From assembly GCA_965116795.1 (NCBI GenBank), contig OZ220716.1:717067-781066 (forward strand): a stretch of 64,000 nt of DNA, written 5' to 3'. The DNA comes from Gammaproteobacteria bacterium. Lineage in GTDB: Bacteria > Pseudomonadota > Gammaproteobacteria > JAJFKG01. Positions 20,409 to 30,205 of the stretch are shown one piece after another (the first letter of the stretch is position 1; each line of letters begins with the position of its first letter). The translations under genes and the position numbers were made by a program. The notes under the pieces are model-generated. The model was not told where the DNA came from, did no database searches, and saw only the letters and a program-made list of their open reading frames with translations.

Positions 20409-21107
20409 TTACATTTTCTTTGCTACAAGTACATATCCAACGGCCCATTTTGATCTTAATTTTTCCGGAGATTTTTTGATTATCATTAGTATGAAACCTT
20501 CTATTAAGTGTGAAATGTAAAATAGCCATCGAATAAATTGTATTAGCATATGGATTATTTTTATTCTTTTTAAAAAACCTTTGTCGAATGTTTGTAAATA
20601 TATACCCAAGAATTGACCAGCCATGTACCAGAATCCACCAACCTTTTTCAATTCTAATATTTCAAATTTTTCTGCTTTTAGAAGTTTTTTAATGCTAAAT
20701 TCGGTAAATCTAATAAAATCATGTGGTTCAGCATGAAGAGGATACAGAAAAGGTATAGATAGAAAAAATAGTCCACCTTCTCTTAAAATTCTAGCGGTTT
20801 CTTTTATAGCACTTCCTGGTTTTTCTAAATGCTCTAATACCTGTGATGAGATAACAGCATCTGCTGAATTGGCTTTGATCGGTACGTTATATGCTGTGCC
20901 TAATAAGTCAATATGCCTAGTGTCATAAAATCCATCTTCTATGTCAACGCCAATGTAATTTTTAACCTTTCCCGTCAAAATATTTTGGAATGGCTTACTG
21001 CCGCAGCCAACGTCATAAACGTCCATGTTGTGTGTCAGGTATTGGTTAAAATATTCTTCTAGCAAAGAACGTATATCTTTTCGTAGATTAATAGTTCTAA
21101 ATAACAT
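20409..21107 (-). CDS. class I SAM-dependent methyltransferase
   Basis: DVGCGSKPF (motif I) and VISSQVLEHLEKPGSAIKETARILREGGLFFLS (motif II/III). Confidence 0.75.
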   Translation of the reverse strand: MLFRTINLRKDIRSLLEEYFNQYLTHNMDVYDVGCGSKPFQNILTGKVKNYIGVDIEDGFYDTRHIDLLGTAYNVPIKANSADAVISSQVLEHLEKPGSAIKETARILREGGLFFLSIPFLYPLHAEPHDFIRFTEFSIKKLLKAEKFEILELKKVGGFWYMAGQFLGIYLQTFDKGFLKRIKIIHMLIQFIRWLFYISHLIEGFILMIIKKSPEKLRSKWAVGYVLVAKKM

Positions 21108-21309
21108 GTATTTCCTTTTCTTTAGAACAATAAGCGTGTTTCTTTAGCTTGTCATTCTTTTTCAATAAGGTGGCCATTATATTATCGCTATATTAATACA
21201 TCAACTTTATCAAAATTTCTATACCTAATGCATTGCACTTCATATAACATAGCTTTAGCAATGATTTTGATAAAATTTAGGTTTTATGCCAAAGGTAAAA
21301 CGTGTTTTT

Positions 21310-21590
21310 AAGCATCTTAATGGATTTTTCTTGGTATGAAATGAAGTATTTAGCTAAACAGCTTAAAAGGCTTGTGCAATTTGAATCTCTATATACCGGG
21401 TGTCCTGTACTTTGTATTCACATCGACGAATTTTTGTAAACGATATTGAAAAGCCAGATGCTTTTGTGCAAGCAATAGGGTGTCGATCACCTGAACCACA
21501 TGGTCTTATAGTTGCTGATTTTCTGCTATGGCATAAAATAAATAAGGATTATACTTGGGGTGCCTTTGGAAGCTGTACTATAACGCGGGT
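21310..21590 (+). pseudogene. internal fragment of a GT2 glycosyltransferase paralogue (frameshifted and truncated)
   Basis: Two frames read ...AKQLKRLVQFESLYTGCPVLC / YSHRRIFVNDIEKPDAFVQAIGCRSPEPHGLIVADFLLWHKINKDYTWGAFGSCTI. These are colinear with residues around KRLTKFQTQHPGCAVLCYSHRRVFINGIEKSDGFVKAIGHKTPEPHDSMVADFLLWHKKVKNYVWGQFGSCTMM of the GT2 at 16733-17653. Homology stops abruptly at about 21586. Confidence 0.75.
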
Positions 21591-22020
21591 GTTGTTGATG
21601 GATATGGGCTTGGCGGGCGTTGTTTGCATTGCCATAAGGCAGCGCGCCTATTATCCACTGGCATAGCGTTTCTACTGACAATGTCAGTCCGTGAACTTCA
21701 GTCAATTTCTCATGAGCAAACGTTGGTCCGAAGTTAGAGTAATGGCTCTTTACCAGGGTCAGTGCTTGCTGTTTCAGTGTATCCGGAAAACGACGATTGC
21801 TTGGTTTGCCACAGTGTTTCGATTGCAAATCAGACGTGCCTTCTCGTTCGTAAGCACGGATTAATCGCCTTAATTGGCGAGTACTCAGACCCGATTACTC
21901 CGCTCCTGCAATCTGGCTCAGTTGCTTTGATTTTATCCGCTCTATCACCTGGGCTCGGCTTAGTTTCTGTTCGCTCATCGCATACCTCTGGTCTGTCATT
22001 TTTCTCTCCACTTCTAATAG
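21590..22020 (-). mobile_element. remnant of an insertion-sequence transposase gene (N-terminal HTH region only, frameshifted). Resembles ISNCY/IS1202-group transposase N-termini. No IRs or catalytic domain.
   Basis: The minus strand reads MSEQKLSRAQVIERIKSKQLSQIAGAE* then (-1) GLSTRQLRRLIRAYEREGTSDLQSKHCGKPSNRRFPDTLKQQALTLVKSHYSNFGPTFAHEKLTEVHGLTLSVETL... The local sequence is markedly more GC-rich than the flanking DNA. It abuts the GT2 fragment. Confidence 0.6.
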
Positions 22021-22166
22021 GTTAGTAATTACTAAAAGCGGGCATTTTAACTTGAGATAAACTGGACATTACTACTTCGGGCTAACACAGTAAAAATTAA
22101 GTTTACTGTGTGTTAACTATTGTTTACTATATTTATCGTGTTAGCTGATAGGAAATAAAATATATA

Positions 22167-23366
22167 ATGTTCATGATGGCTCGTTTAAAAGCAATAATTC
22201 AAGGAATTGTTCTTCGGTATTTAAAACCCTATTTTTCAGATTTATATCAGTATGATTCTAATGTAACTGTAGCAAAAGACGTTGAAGATTTTTTCAAAAC
22301 TTCTGATGGTCGTTCTATACTGGTTTCAAAACATCACAGATACAGCTTAAAACCAGCTTGGATGATGTTTGGTCCGATGAATGCTCTGAATGAACTGGAC
22401 AAGAAAGGTTTACTAAATGGAAATGACCGTCAATTTTTAGAAAATGTTAAAGGCTATAGAACAATTACATCATCTTTATCTGAAATAAGAAATGTATTAA
22501 AACCGTACCTCGAAAATTATGCCGATTTATTTTTAAATGCAAATATACCGAATCTTGGAATCCGTGTCTTAAAGCCAACAAAAGAAGAAGTAGAAGCGTG
22601 CATTGCCAAGAAAGTACAAATGCATAAAAAGCGTTTTGAAAAAATCAAGAAAATCGTTTCTTTTGTTAAACAGGAAAATATAAAAGTCCTTGAAGTTGGC
22701 TATACTTCAGGCGGGGAATCTATCATTGGTTTTGAACGTGTAGGTATGCAAGCTTATGGGTTAGACTATAGCTATAATAATGTGTTAGAAACGCATAATC
22801 GCCATGTTCAGGTTGCACGGCTTGCAAATTCAAAAGTGAAATTTTTAACTGGTGATATAACAAAAAAGACTTCAATAGAAGATAATTTTTTAGATTTTAT
22901 TTATACACAAAGTGTGTTAGAGCATATTCAAAATTTGCCGGATGCTTTTGCTGAAATGTATCGTATATTAAAGCCAGGTGGTGTAATGTACCATCGTTAT
23001 GATCCTTATTTTTATATTGGAGGAGGCCATCGCCCATGTACGCTTGATTCTCCTTGGGCACATATGCGCATGAACGATCAAGATATCGAAAAGTACATTT
23101 TGGAATTTCTGCCCAATGAAGCAGAAAGCACAATTCCATGGATCCGTAATGCATTAAATCGAAAACATACGCAAAGATTTGTTCAGAATTCTCTTATTCA
23201 ACAAGGTTTTCAGATTTGCTGGTGGCGGAGGCGTGAATTATCACAAAGATACAAAAAACTGCTCAGTCCCGAAATTATTTCAGATTGTTTAACAGTTAAT
23301 CCAGATGTATCGCTTATAGATCTGTTAAGTGACGAAGTTGCTTTTATCACTGTAAAACCACTCTAG
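22167..23366 (+). CDS. SAM-dependent methyltransferase-domain protein (399 aa, with N- and C-terminal extensions of unknown function)
   Basis: Central LEVGYTSGGESIIGFERVGMQAYGLDYS (motif I), ...ILKPGGVMY... (motif III). Confidence 0.65.
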   Translation: MFMMARLKAIIQGIVLRYLKPYFSDLYQYDSNVTVAKDVEDFFKTSDGRSILVSKHHRYSLKPAWMMFGPMNALNELDKKGLLNGNDRQFLENVKGYRTITSSLSEIRNVLKPYLENYADLFLNANIPNLGIRVLKPTKEEVEACIAKKVQMHKKRFEKIKKIVSFVKQENIKVLEVGYTSGGESIIGFERVGMQAYGLDYSYNNVLETHNRHVQVARLANSKVKFLTGDITKKTSIEDNFLDFIYTQSVLEHIQNLPDAFAEMYRILKPGGVMYHRYDPYFYIGGGHRPCTLDSPWAHMRMNDQDIEKYILEFLPNEAESTIPWIRNALNRKHTQRFVQNSLIQQGFQICWWRRRELSQRYKKLLSPEIISDCLTVNPDVSLIDLLSDEVAFITVKPL

Positions 23367-23436
23367 ATTTTTCTTCTGTAATGAAAAGTGTCTCGAGCAT
23401 TATTAAAAAATAACGTAACTACTCAGCTTCCGATTT

Positions 23437-24405
23437 TTGTTGTACCATAGTGTGGCAGGATATTGCACGATGACTTTACTAATCATTAATATGAGTTTTA
23501 TTACTGATTATTTTCAATGCAGCATATCAATTGTTAAGCAAAATATAGGATTCTACTCACAAACTATTCATTTGACTAAAAAAAATAAAGAATCTACAGA
23601 AATTTTTTTGGGAAAGATAATAATGGCTAGCCTATACGTTCATGGAAAGAGTTTTATTAATCGTCTTATATGGCTTAATTCTCTTATGAGGGGAATATTG
23701 CCTGCTGTGATATATCTTATCCAAGCACGTGGAAAACCAATGAAGATTGGCCATGCATTTTATAATAACGTAGAGTTAGAATTTCGTAATTGTGATTCCA
23801 CAGCTTTAAAAGAAGTTTTAGTTGATGCAGAATATAATTTTCTGAAAGAATTTTTGAAATCATCTCTGTCGCCTGTCATTGTAGATGTCGGCGCTCATAT
23901 AGGAACCTTTTCACTTTGGGTTTATTATCAGAACCCTAAAGTCAAAATGTTAATGGTAGAGGCTAATCCAACAAGTCATCAAATTCTCGTTCGCAATATT
24001 AGGAAAAACTTTTCTGCCAAACAGTACAAAATTCTCAACAAAGCTGCATGGAAGAATAATGACGTTTTAAAATTTTTTACAGCTGGTGACAGCATGGGGA
24101 ATAGAGTATCAGAAAAAGGAGATATTAAAGTTAGTGGTGTGACATTCGTTGAAATTGTTAATATGGTTATTGCAAATAATTCTTCAATTGACCTAATGAA
24201 AATTGATATTGAAGGAGCAGAAGAAGCTTTCTTTGAAACAGCAGATTTAGTATTAGATAAAGTAAGACGTCTTGTTATTGAATTACATCCTAAATATTGT
24301 AATACAGAATCTATTATACAAAAACTAGAGAGACGCTATAAACATATTAGAGAAATTTCTAGTCGTATAGATTCTAAGCCTCTTCTCTATTGCACAGATG
24401 AGTAA
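23437..24405 (+). CDS. FkbM-family methyltransferase. The probable true start is ATG 23623 (MASLYVHGK...).
   Basis: VIVDVGAHIGTFSLW and IDLMKIDIEGAEEAFF are the hallmark FkbM motifs. Confidence 0.75.
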   Translation: MLYHSVAGYCTMTLLIINMSFITDYFQCSISIVKQNIGFYSQTIHLTKKNKESTEIFLGKIIMASLYVHGKSFINRLIWLNSLMRGILPAVIYLIQARGKPMKIGHAFYNNVELEFRNCDSTALKEVLVDAEYNFLKEFLKSSLSPVIVDVGAHIGTFSLWVYYQNPKVKMLMVEANPTSHQILVRNIRKNFSAKQYKILNKAAWKNNDVLKFFTAGDSMGNRVSEKGDIKVSGVTFVEIVNMVIANNSSIDLMKIDIEGAEEAFFETADLVLDKVRRLVIELHPKYCNTESIIQKLERRYKHIREISSRIDSKPLLYCTDE

Positions 24406-24418
24406 AAATCATTTGTCT

Positions 24419-25522
24419 TTACATATACTCTTTTAATAAATTTTCCCACTTATCAAAGATTTTCTCAGGCTTATACTGCTTCATGGATTTAATAGCATTT
24501 ATACTAAACCGTTTTCTCTTTTCTGGTGAAAGCATCAATTCCTTTAAACAATAAGCTAGTGTCTCTGGGCTGCCATTCTGTTCTGCGAGTAAACCATTAT
24601 ATTCATGTTGTATTAATATATTCGTGCCATCGCAATCTTTATAACCAATGCAGGGTAACCCATGTGACATAGCTTCAGCAATAACATTTGGAAAACCTTC
24701 CCATTTTGATGGTAAAACAAATAAATGTGCTTGACAATAAAGCGAGCTAGTATTTTTTACGTTACCTTTAAATATTACTTGTTTAGTTAACTTTAATTTT
24801 TCAACTTCTGCTTCAAGCTGTATACGGTCTTCTCCATCACCTGCAAGCATTAATTGCCAATCAGGAAAGTCTTGATAAATTAAAGAAAATGCTTTTATTA
24901 AGGCATATTGATTTTTTTGGTATGCTAATCTACCAATGCAAAGTAATATTTTGTTTTTTGTATTTTCAGCTGGTTTTGCAAAATTAGTTGCAGGCAAGAC
25001 AGGATTTTCAATACAAATCATTTTATGGTGTAAAAATTTAGGGTAATCTTTTATATAGCTAGGAAGTTGGACAGTGATTTTATCTGCTAGTCTAAATGTT
25101 TGTAAGATAAAATTTCTTCTTGTACCAGATTTAGTATGATTTAAACGTGAAATGGCATTTCGTTCTGCTGCAATGATTGGGATCTTAAATCCAAATAAAA
25201 AGAACTTAAAACTAAGGAAGGCACCATGTTGAAATGCTAAGATAATGTCAGGTTTAATACGTTCCACAATTTTTCGCACTTTAAATGCTCTTTTAATACG
25301 TGTTAGCCAGTTTGCTTTTTTTAGATGGTTTTGTATATCCATTACATGCCAATCAATTTGATTATCTATTTTATAAAAAGCGTTTTTGGTATTCTCTTTA
25401 TCCCAGGTGAAAAGCGTTACATTATATTTCCGATTAACCATTTCATTCATGAGCATAATAGCCATGCGTTCAACACCACCAGCCATATTATTAAAAGAAC
25501 GACACACGAAAAGTATTTTCAT
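24419..25522 (-). CDS. glycosyltransferase, GT4 family (GT-B). Paralogous to 27486-28598.
   Basis: 367 aa. N-terminal MKILFVCRSFNNMAGGVERM. C-terminal PSKWEGFPNVIAEAMSHGLPCIG (E-X7-E region). Confidence 0.8.
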   Translation of the reverse strand: MKILFVCRSFNNMAGGVERMAIMLMNEMVNRKYNVTLFTWDKENTKNAFYKIDNQIDWHVMDIQNHLKKANWLTRIKRAFKVRKIVERIKPDIILAFQHGAFLSFKFFLFGFKIPIIAAERNAISRLNHTKSGTRRNFILQTFRLADKITVQLPSYIKDYPKFLHHKMICIENPVLPATNFAKPAENTKNKILLCIGRLAYQKNQYALIKAFSLIYQDFPDWQLMLAGDGEDRIQLEAEVEKLKLTKQVIFKGNVKNTSSLYCQAHLFVLPSKWEGFPNVIAEAMSHGLPCIGYKDCDGTNILIQHEYNGLLAEQNGSPETLAYCLKELMLSPEKRKRFSINAIKSMKQYKPEKIFDKWENLLKEYM

Positions 25523-26496
25523 CTTAATTTAACTTCTTTTCGCATATTTTTTTCATGAGACACTCGTTTTAAAATACTAGTTAGCATTCTGTTTGTAAGT
25601 AAAATAGGATGCAGTAACCATAAAATAATCATTAGTTTTACCATTTTAAAATGTTGGTTAGTAAAGTGGTAGAATCGAACTTTAGGCCATGTTTTTGCGT
25701 AAAAATATACTTTTTTTCTTTTTAAATACTTTTTATTTTTTTGTGCTAATAATGATTCTCCTTGTAGATTTTTCATTGGGGATTTATCTTGTGCATTTGT
25801 TGAATATTGTGTAAATAGATTCTCTTTACAACCAATGAAATATCCACCTTTAAATCCAAGCCGTATCGCAAAATCACAATCTTCTAATCTGCGTAGATTG
25901 GTATCAAATTTTCCAACAATATTGAAAGTTGTTTTCCTTGCCATTAAACAACATGTTGGTGTTCCTCTGCCATAAAATACCCCTTTTTCTTGCTTATAGT
26001 ACAGCAAATAGTCGACAATTTGTGTGCCTTGTGGTGGTAGAAGTTCTGATCCTATTGCAGTTAATTTTAAAGTATATCCATTTGAGTATAATCGATAACC
26101 CGAAGCGTAACATGCAATTAAATGTGTATTAAGTGATTTTTCATATGCAATAATATTATGATATTGTTTCGTTAGTCGATTTGGCATGCTCTCATCATCA
26201 TCGTCAAAAAATGCAATAAAATCGCCTTTAGCATTATTTATAATTGTATTCCTAGTGCTTCCTACGCCCATATTTTTTTTATGCATGATCAATGTAATTG
26301 GAATATGGTCATATTGCACCATAATAGAGTTAACAATGTTAACTGACTGGTCTGTTGAGCAATCATCCACAAGCACTATTTCAAAATTAGGCCAGTCTTG
26401 TTGTAGTGCACTTTTTACAGCTTTTGCAATAGTATCTTGTGCATTGTAACAAGTAATGCCGATAGTAATTAAAGAAGTGTAGTTGGCTTTTGGCAT
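25519..26496 (-). CDS. glycosyltransferase family 2
   Basis: SLITIGITCYNAQDTIAKAVKSALQQDWPNFEIVLVDDCSTD, DDDDE. Confidence 0.85.
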   Translation of the reverse strand: MPKANYTSLITIGITCYNAQDTIAKAVKSALQQDWPNFEIVLVDDCSTDQSVNIVNSIMVQYDHIPITLIMHKKNMGVGSTRNTIINNAKGDFIAFFDDDDESMPNRLTKQYHNIIAYEKSLNTHLIACYASGYRLYSNGYTLKLTAIGSELLPPQGTQIVDYLLYYKQEKGVFYGRGTPTCCLMARKTTFNIVGKFDTNLRRLEDCDFAIRLGFKGGYFIGCKENLFTQYSTNAQDKSPMKNLQGESLLAQKNKKYLKRKKVYFYAKTWPKVRFYHFTNQHFKMVKLMIILWLLHPILLTNRMLTSILKRVSHEKNMRKEVKLR

Positions 26497-27476
26497 TATT
26501 TCGCTATTCTCTTATAGAAAATGATTGAATGTAGATTTGTTTTTAGATTAGGTAATGCCCAACTAATTTTTCTAAGGGTTTTTATTGGGTATTGTAAAAA
26601 TAATATTAATATTTTAAGAAAAGGTATGAGTTTTTTACCTGCTAAAAACCTACACTTTATATCTTGCCATTTCTTACAAAACAGGTAAGAAAAGTATTTG
26701 TCTATAAATTCTTCATATTCATCTAGTAATTTTTGCCTGTAGAAAAATGTCTTTTCCAAATTCTTATCATTTGTATATGTCATTTTCTGAATAACTAATG
26801 CGTCTTTAATACCAATAACTTGGCCATTTGATAATCCGAGTCTAACGTTTAATTCAGTATCTTCTGATAATCTAAATGTTTCATCAAATAAACCTAATTT
26901 TTCATAAGTTATTTTCCTTCCCATCTGTGAGCAAGTTGCGCAGGCTCCATTTCCTGCTTTAGGGTATCCAAATAGAATTTTTCTTGCTATATCAAGCCCC
27001 GTTGGTGCTGGGAGTTTTTCGTTCGTTGCCATGGTTTGCACATATTGAAACTGTCTATCACAATATATTTGCTTTCTTGCTGTATGGCACAACAAATTCT
27101 TTTTATTATACTTTTTTTCATATTCAATTATTCTATAATATTGTCTTGTTAGCCTATTTGATAGACTTTGATCATCATCATCAAAGAAAGCAATAAAACT
27201 ACCCGATGCATTTTTTATAATTGTATTTCTAGCACCAGCGACGCCGGTGTTTTTTTTATGTATTATTAATTTAAAAGATATATTTTGATGTTGGGCTAAT
27301 ATATTATTGATATTTTTAACAGAATTGTCAGTAGAACAATCATCGACGATAACAATTTCAATGTTAGTCCAGGCTTGTTGTAAAGCACTTTTAATTGCAT
27401 CTTCTATAGTATCTTGTGCGTTGTAACAAGTGATGCCTACTGTAATTAATGGCATGGACTTCTGCTTGGTATTCAT
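26496..27476 (-). CDS. glycosyltransferase family 2
   Basis: PLITVGITCYNAQDTIEDAIKSALQQAWTNIEIVIVDDCSTD, DDDDQ. Near-identical N-terminal region to the adjacent GT2. Confidence 0.85.
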   Translation of the reverse strand: MNTKQKSMPLITVGITCYNAQDTIEDAIKSALQQAWTNIEIVIVDDCSTDNSVKNINNILAQHQNISFKLIIHKKNTGVAGARNTIIKNASGSFIAFFDDDDQSLSNRLTRQYYRIIEYEKKYNKKNLLCHTARKQIYCDRQFQYVQTMATNEKLPAPTGLDIARKILFGYPKAGNGACATCSQMGRKITYEKLGLFDETFRLSEDTELNVRLGLSNGQVIGIKDALVIQKMTYTNDKNLEKTFFYRQKLLDEYEEFIDKYFSYLFCKKWQDIKCRFLAGKKLIPFLKILILFLQYPIKTLRKISWALPNLKTNLHSIIFYKRIAK

Positions 27477-27485
27477 ATTAATTGC

Positions 27486-28598
27486 TTAATGAGAATGTAA
27501 ACATGGGTATGCTACTTTTTTAATTAACTTTTCCCACTGATCCACCACATTTTTTATACTATATTTCCCTAGCTCTTTTTTGGCTTGTTGGCCTAATCTT
27601 TCCCGTAATTGTTGTGAACATATCAATTGTTCAAGTCCTTGTGCAAAGGCATGCGCTTTATTTTGCCCACTAACTAAAATACCATTTTGATTGTTGGTAA
27701 TCAATTCATTGGTACCTGGACAATCTGCAAAACCAACAACAGGTAACCCATATAACATTGCTTCTGCAGTTACAAGTCCAACACTCTCATAAAGAGAAGG
27801 CATAGCAAATATAGTTGCTTTTGCATATTCTCTTTCTATATGTTGCGTACTTCCAGGTAAATGCACTCTATCTTGTAAATTATAATTTGTTATTAATTTT
27901 TCTAATGCTGGGCGCAGCTTACCTTCACCTATAATATGAACGTTCCAATCGGGGTATTTTTTCGCAAGTGAAGCGAAAGCATGAATCAGATCGGCGTGAT
28001 TTTTTTGGTTGTCTAAACTCCCAATACTTAAAATAATATTTCTATTATATTCTTTTTTGATTCCTTCAAAATTTTGTACTGGATTAGGAATGGATTGCAT
28101 TTTTCTTTTTATAAGCCAAGGATAACCACCCTTATTTTTTTTGGAAACAGCGGCAATAGTAATTTTTCTAAATTTTAGTTGTAATAATAAAAATAATAGT
28201 AGTACAAGCTTTCTATTTTTGTAATTTTGAAAAACATTATGTTCACTTGCAATTATTGGTGTTTTATCACCTAACATAGCCATACCCGTCGGTATAAACG
28301 TACTACACATAAACGGTATAATAACATCGGGTACTATTTCTTTGATAATTTTTCTCAGTCGATTTATTCGTTTGAATAAATCGATAAAGTTTGTTTGAAC
28401 TTGACTATTTCCTATATCAAGGAATAACAATTTTATTCTAGGATCAAAAGAGTAGAATGATTTGACTTCTTCTTTGTCAAATGTCAATAGATAAATTTGG
28501 TACCCTCTATTGACTAGTTCTTCACTAATATTTGCCAAGACTCTTTCTGCTCCACCGCCTTTGACTGCAATGGATTTAATCGTAAATAATAATTTCAT
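27486..28598 (-). CDS. glycosyltransferase, GT4 family (GT-B)
   Basis: 370 aa. MKLLFTIKSIAVKGGGAERV...; PSLYESVGLVTAEAMLYGLPVVG. Confidence 0.8.
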   Translation of the reverse strand: MKLLFTIKSIAVKGGGAERVLANISEELVNRGYQIYLLTFDKEEVKSFYSFDPRIKLLFLDIGNSQVQTNFIDLFKRINRLRKIIKEIVPDVIIPFMCSTFIPTGMAMLGDKTPIIASEHNVFQNYKNRKLVLLLFLLLQLKFRKITIAAVSKKNKGGYPWLIKRKMQSIPNPVQNFEGIKKEYNRNIILSIGSLDNQKNHADLIHAFASLAKKYPDWNVHIIGEGKLRPALEKLITNYNLQDRVHLPGSTQHIEREYAKATIFAMPSLYESVGLVTAEAMLYGLPVVGFADCPGTNELITNNQNGILVSGQNKAHAFAQGLEQLICSQQLRERLGQQAKKELGKYSIKNVVDQWEKLIKKVAYPCLHSH

Positions 28599-28790
28599 TT
28601 TACGCTACTTTTGCATAATGTTGCGTAATCATACACTGCCTATCGCTATACAGGAAATATCAGGAAGCACTTTGTTATGTTCTTCGAAAATAAATTTATC
28701 GTCCAAAATCCTTCCAAAATCCCTTGCCCTCCTGCCCTATTTCTGCTCTAATGCCTGCCTATTTTTCACCGCTTTGAAGGCAATTCATCA

Positions 28791-30164
28791 ATGAACGTTA
28801 CGGTTTATGGTGCAGGTTACGTGGGTTTGGTCACAGGTACATGTCTAGCCGATGTCGGCAATGATGTACTCATTGTTGATATCGATAAAGATAAAATAGA
28901 TCAGCTAAATCAAGGTGATGTACCCATCTATGAGCCTGGCTTACAAGAATTGCTCGTCAAAAATACTGCCACTGGACGTCTGCGTTTTACCACCGACCCC
29001 AAGCAAGGTGTTGCTCACGGTTTGTTTCAGTTCATTGCTGTTGGGACGCCACCTGATGCCAATGGCGCGGCTGATCTGCGTTATGTATTCGATGTGGCGG
29101 ATAAGATAGGTCAATATATGACCGAATATCGGATTATCGTCGATAAGTCGACAGTACCAGTTGGCACCGGTCAGCGGGTTATCGATACCATCCATAAAGC
29201 CCTTCACCAACGCCAACTCAACATACCCTTCGCTGTAGTCTCCAATCCTGAGTTTTTAAAAGAAGGGGCAGCATTAGCAGATTTCATGAAACCTGATCGG
29301 ATTATTGTGGGTACCGATTGCACGAAAGCAACTGAATTAATGCAAGCCTTATATGCACCGTTTAACCGCAATCATGATCGCTTTATGACAATGGATCGTG
29401 CGTCAGCTGAATTAACTAAATATGCCGCTAATGCATTACTGGCAACCAAAATCAGTTTCATGAATGAACTAAGTCACGTTGCTGAGCTCGTTGGTGCTGA
29501 CATTGAACATGTTCGTCGTGGTATTGGTTCGGATCCACGTATTGGTTATCATTTTATTTATCCAGGCTGTGGTTACGGTGGTTCATGTTTTCCAAAAGAC
29601 ATTAGTGCATTACGTACTACTGCTAATCAACATAGTTACAACCCTAGGTTGCTTAGCGCCGTTGAACAAGTCAATGATCAGCAAAAACAAGTCTTATTTA
29701 ACAAGATTACGCAGTACTATCAACATAAATTAGCGGGAAAAACATTTGCATTATGGGGATTAGCGTTTAAACCAAATACTGATGATATGCGTGATGCACC
29801 AAGTCGAGTGTTGCTCGAAGCGCTATGGCAAGCTGGTGCAGTGGTACAAGCGTATGATCCAGTTGCGATGGCAGAAGTGAAACGTATCTACGATGATCGC
29901 GATGATTTAGTTTTATGTGACACTGCACAAGCAGCGTTAACTAATGCAGATGCATTGATCATCGTTACCGAGTGGCGTGAGTTTTATACGCCGACATTTG
30001 CTTGGTTTACCCAGGAATTGCGTGAACCAGTTATTTTTGACGGACGTAATGTGTATGACCCGAGTTTTATGGCATCACAAGGTATACAGTATTTTGCAAT
30101 TGGCCGCGGTCAATCGATACAAACTAGTCAACACATTAAGCAGCCTGATCCAGATCTCGTGTAA
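28791..30164 (+). CDS. ugd: UDP-glucose 6-dehydrogenase
   Basis: [14 protein letters not shown] (NAD site), catalytic GGSCFPKD, 457 aa. Confidence 0.9.
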   Translation: MNVTVYGAGYVGLVTGTCLADVGNDVLIVDIDKDKIDQLNQGDVPIYEPGLQELLVKNTATGRLRFTTDPKQGVAHGLFQFIAVGTPPDANGAADLRYVFDVADKIGQYMTEYRIIVDKSTVPVGTGQRVIDTIHKALHQRQLNIPFAVVSNPEFLKEGAALADFMKPDRIIVGTDCTKATELMQALYAPFNRNHDRFMTMDRASAELTKYAANALLATKISFMNELSHVAELVGADIEHVRRGIGSDPRIGYHFIYPGCGYGGSCFPKDISALRTTANQHSYNPRLLSAVEQVNDQQKQVLFNKITQYYQHKLAGKTFALWGLAFKPNTDDMRDAPSRVLLEALWQAGAVVQAYDPVAMAEVKRIYDDRDDLVLCDTAQAALTNADALIIVTEWREFYTPTFAWFTQELREPVIFDGRNVYDPSFMASQGIQYFAIGRGQSIQTSQHIKQPDPDLV

Positions 30165-30205
30165 TCACATCTAATAACTAATTTTAATAACAGAGGTATT
30201 ATTAA

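Noticed and set aside
21400-21828. Track ORFs 21400-21666 (+), 21526-21828 (-), 21555-21737 (+), 21762-22025 (+) as separate genes
   Set aside because: These are fragments or shadows of a GT2 pseudogene fused to an IS transposase remnant. None is an intact gene.
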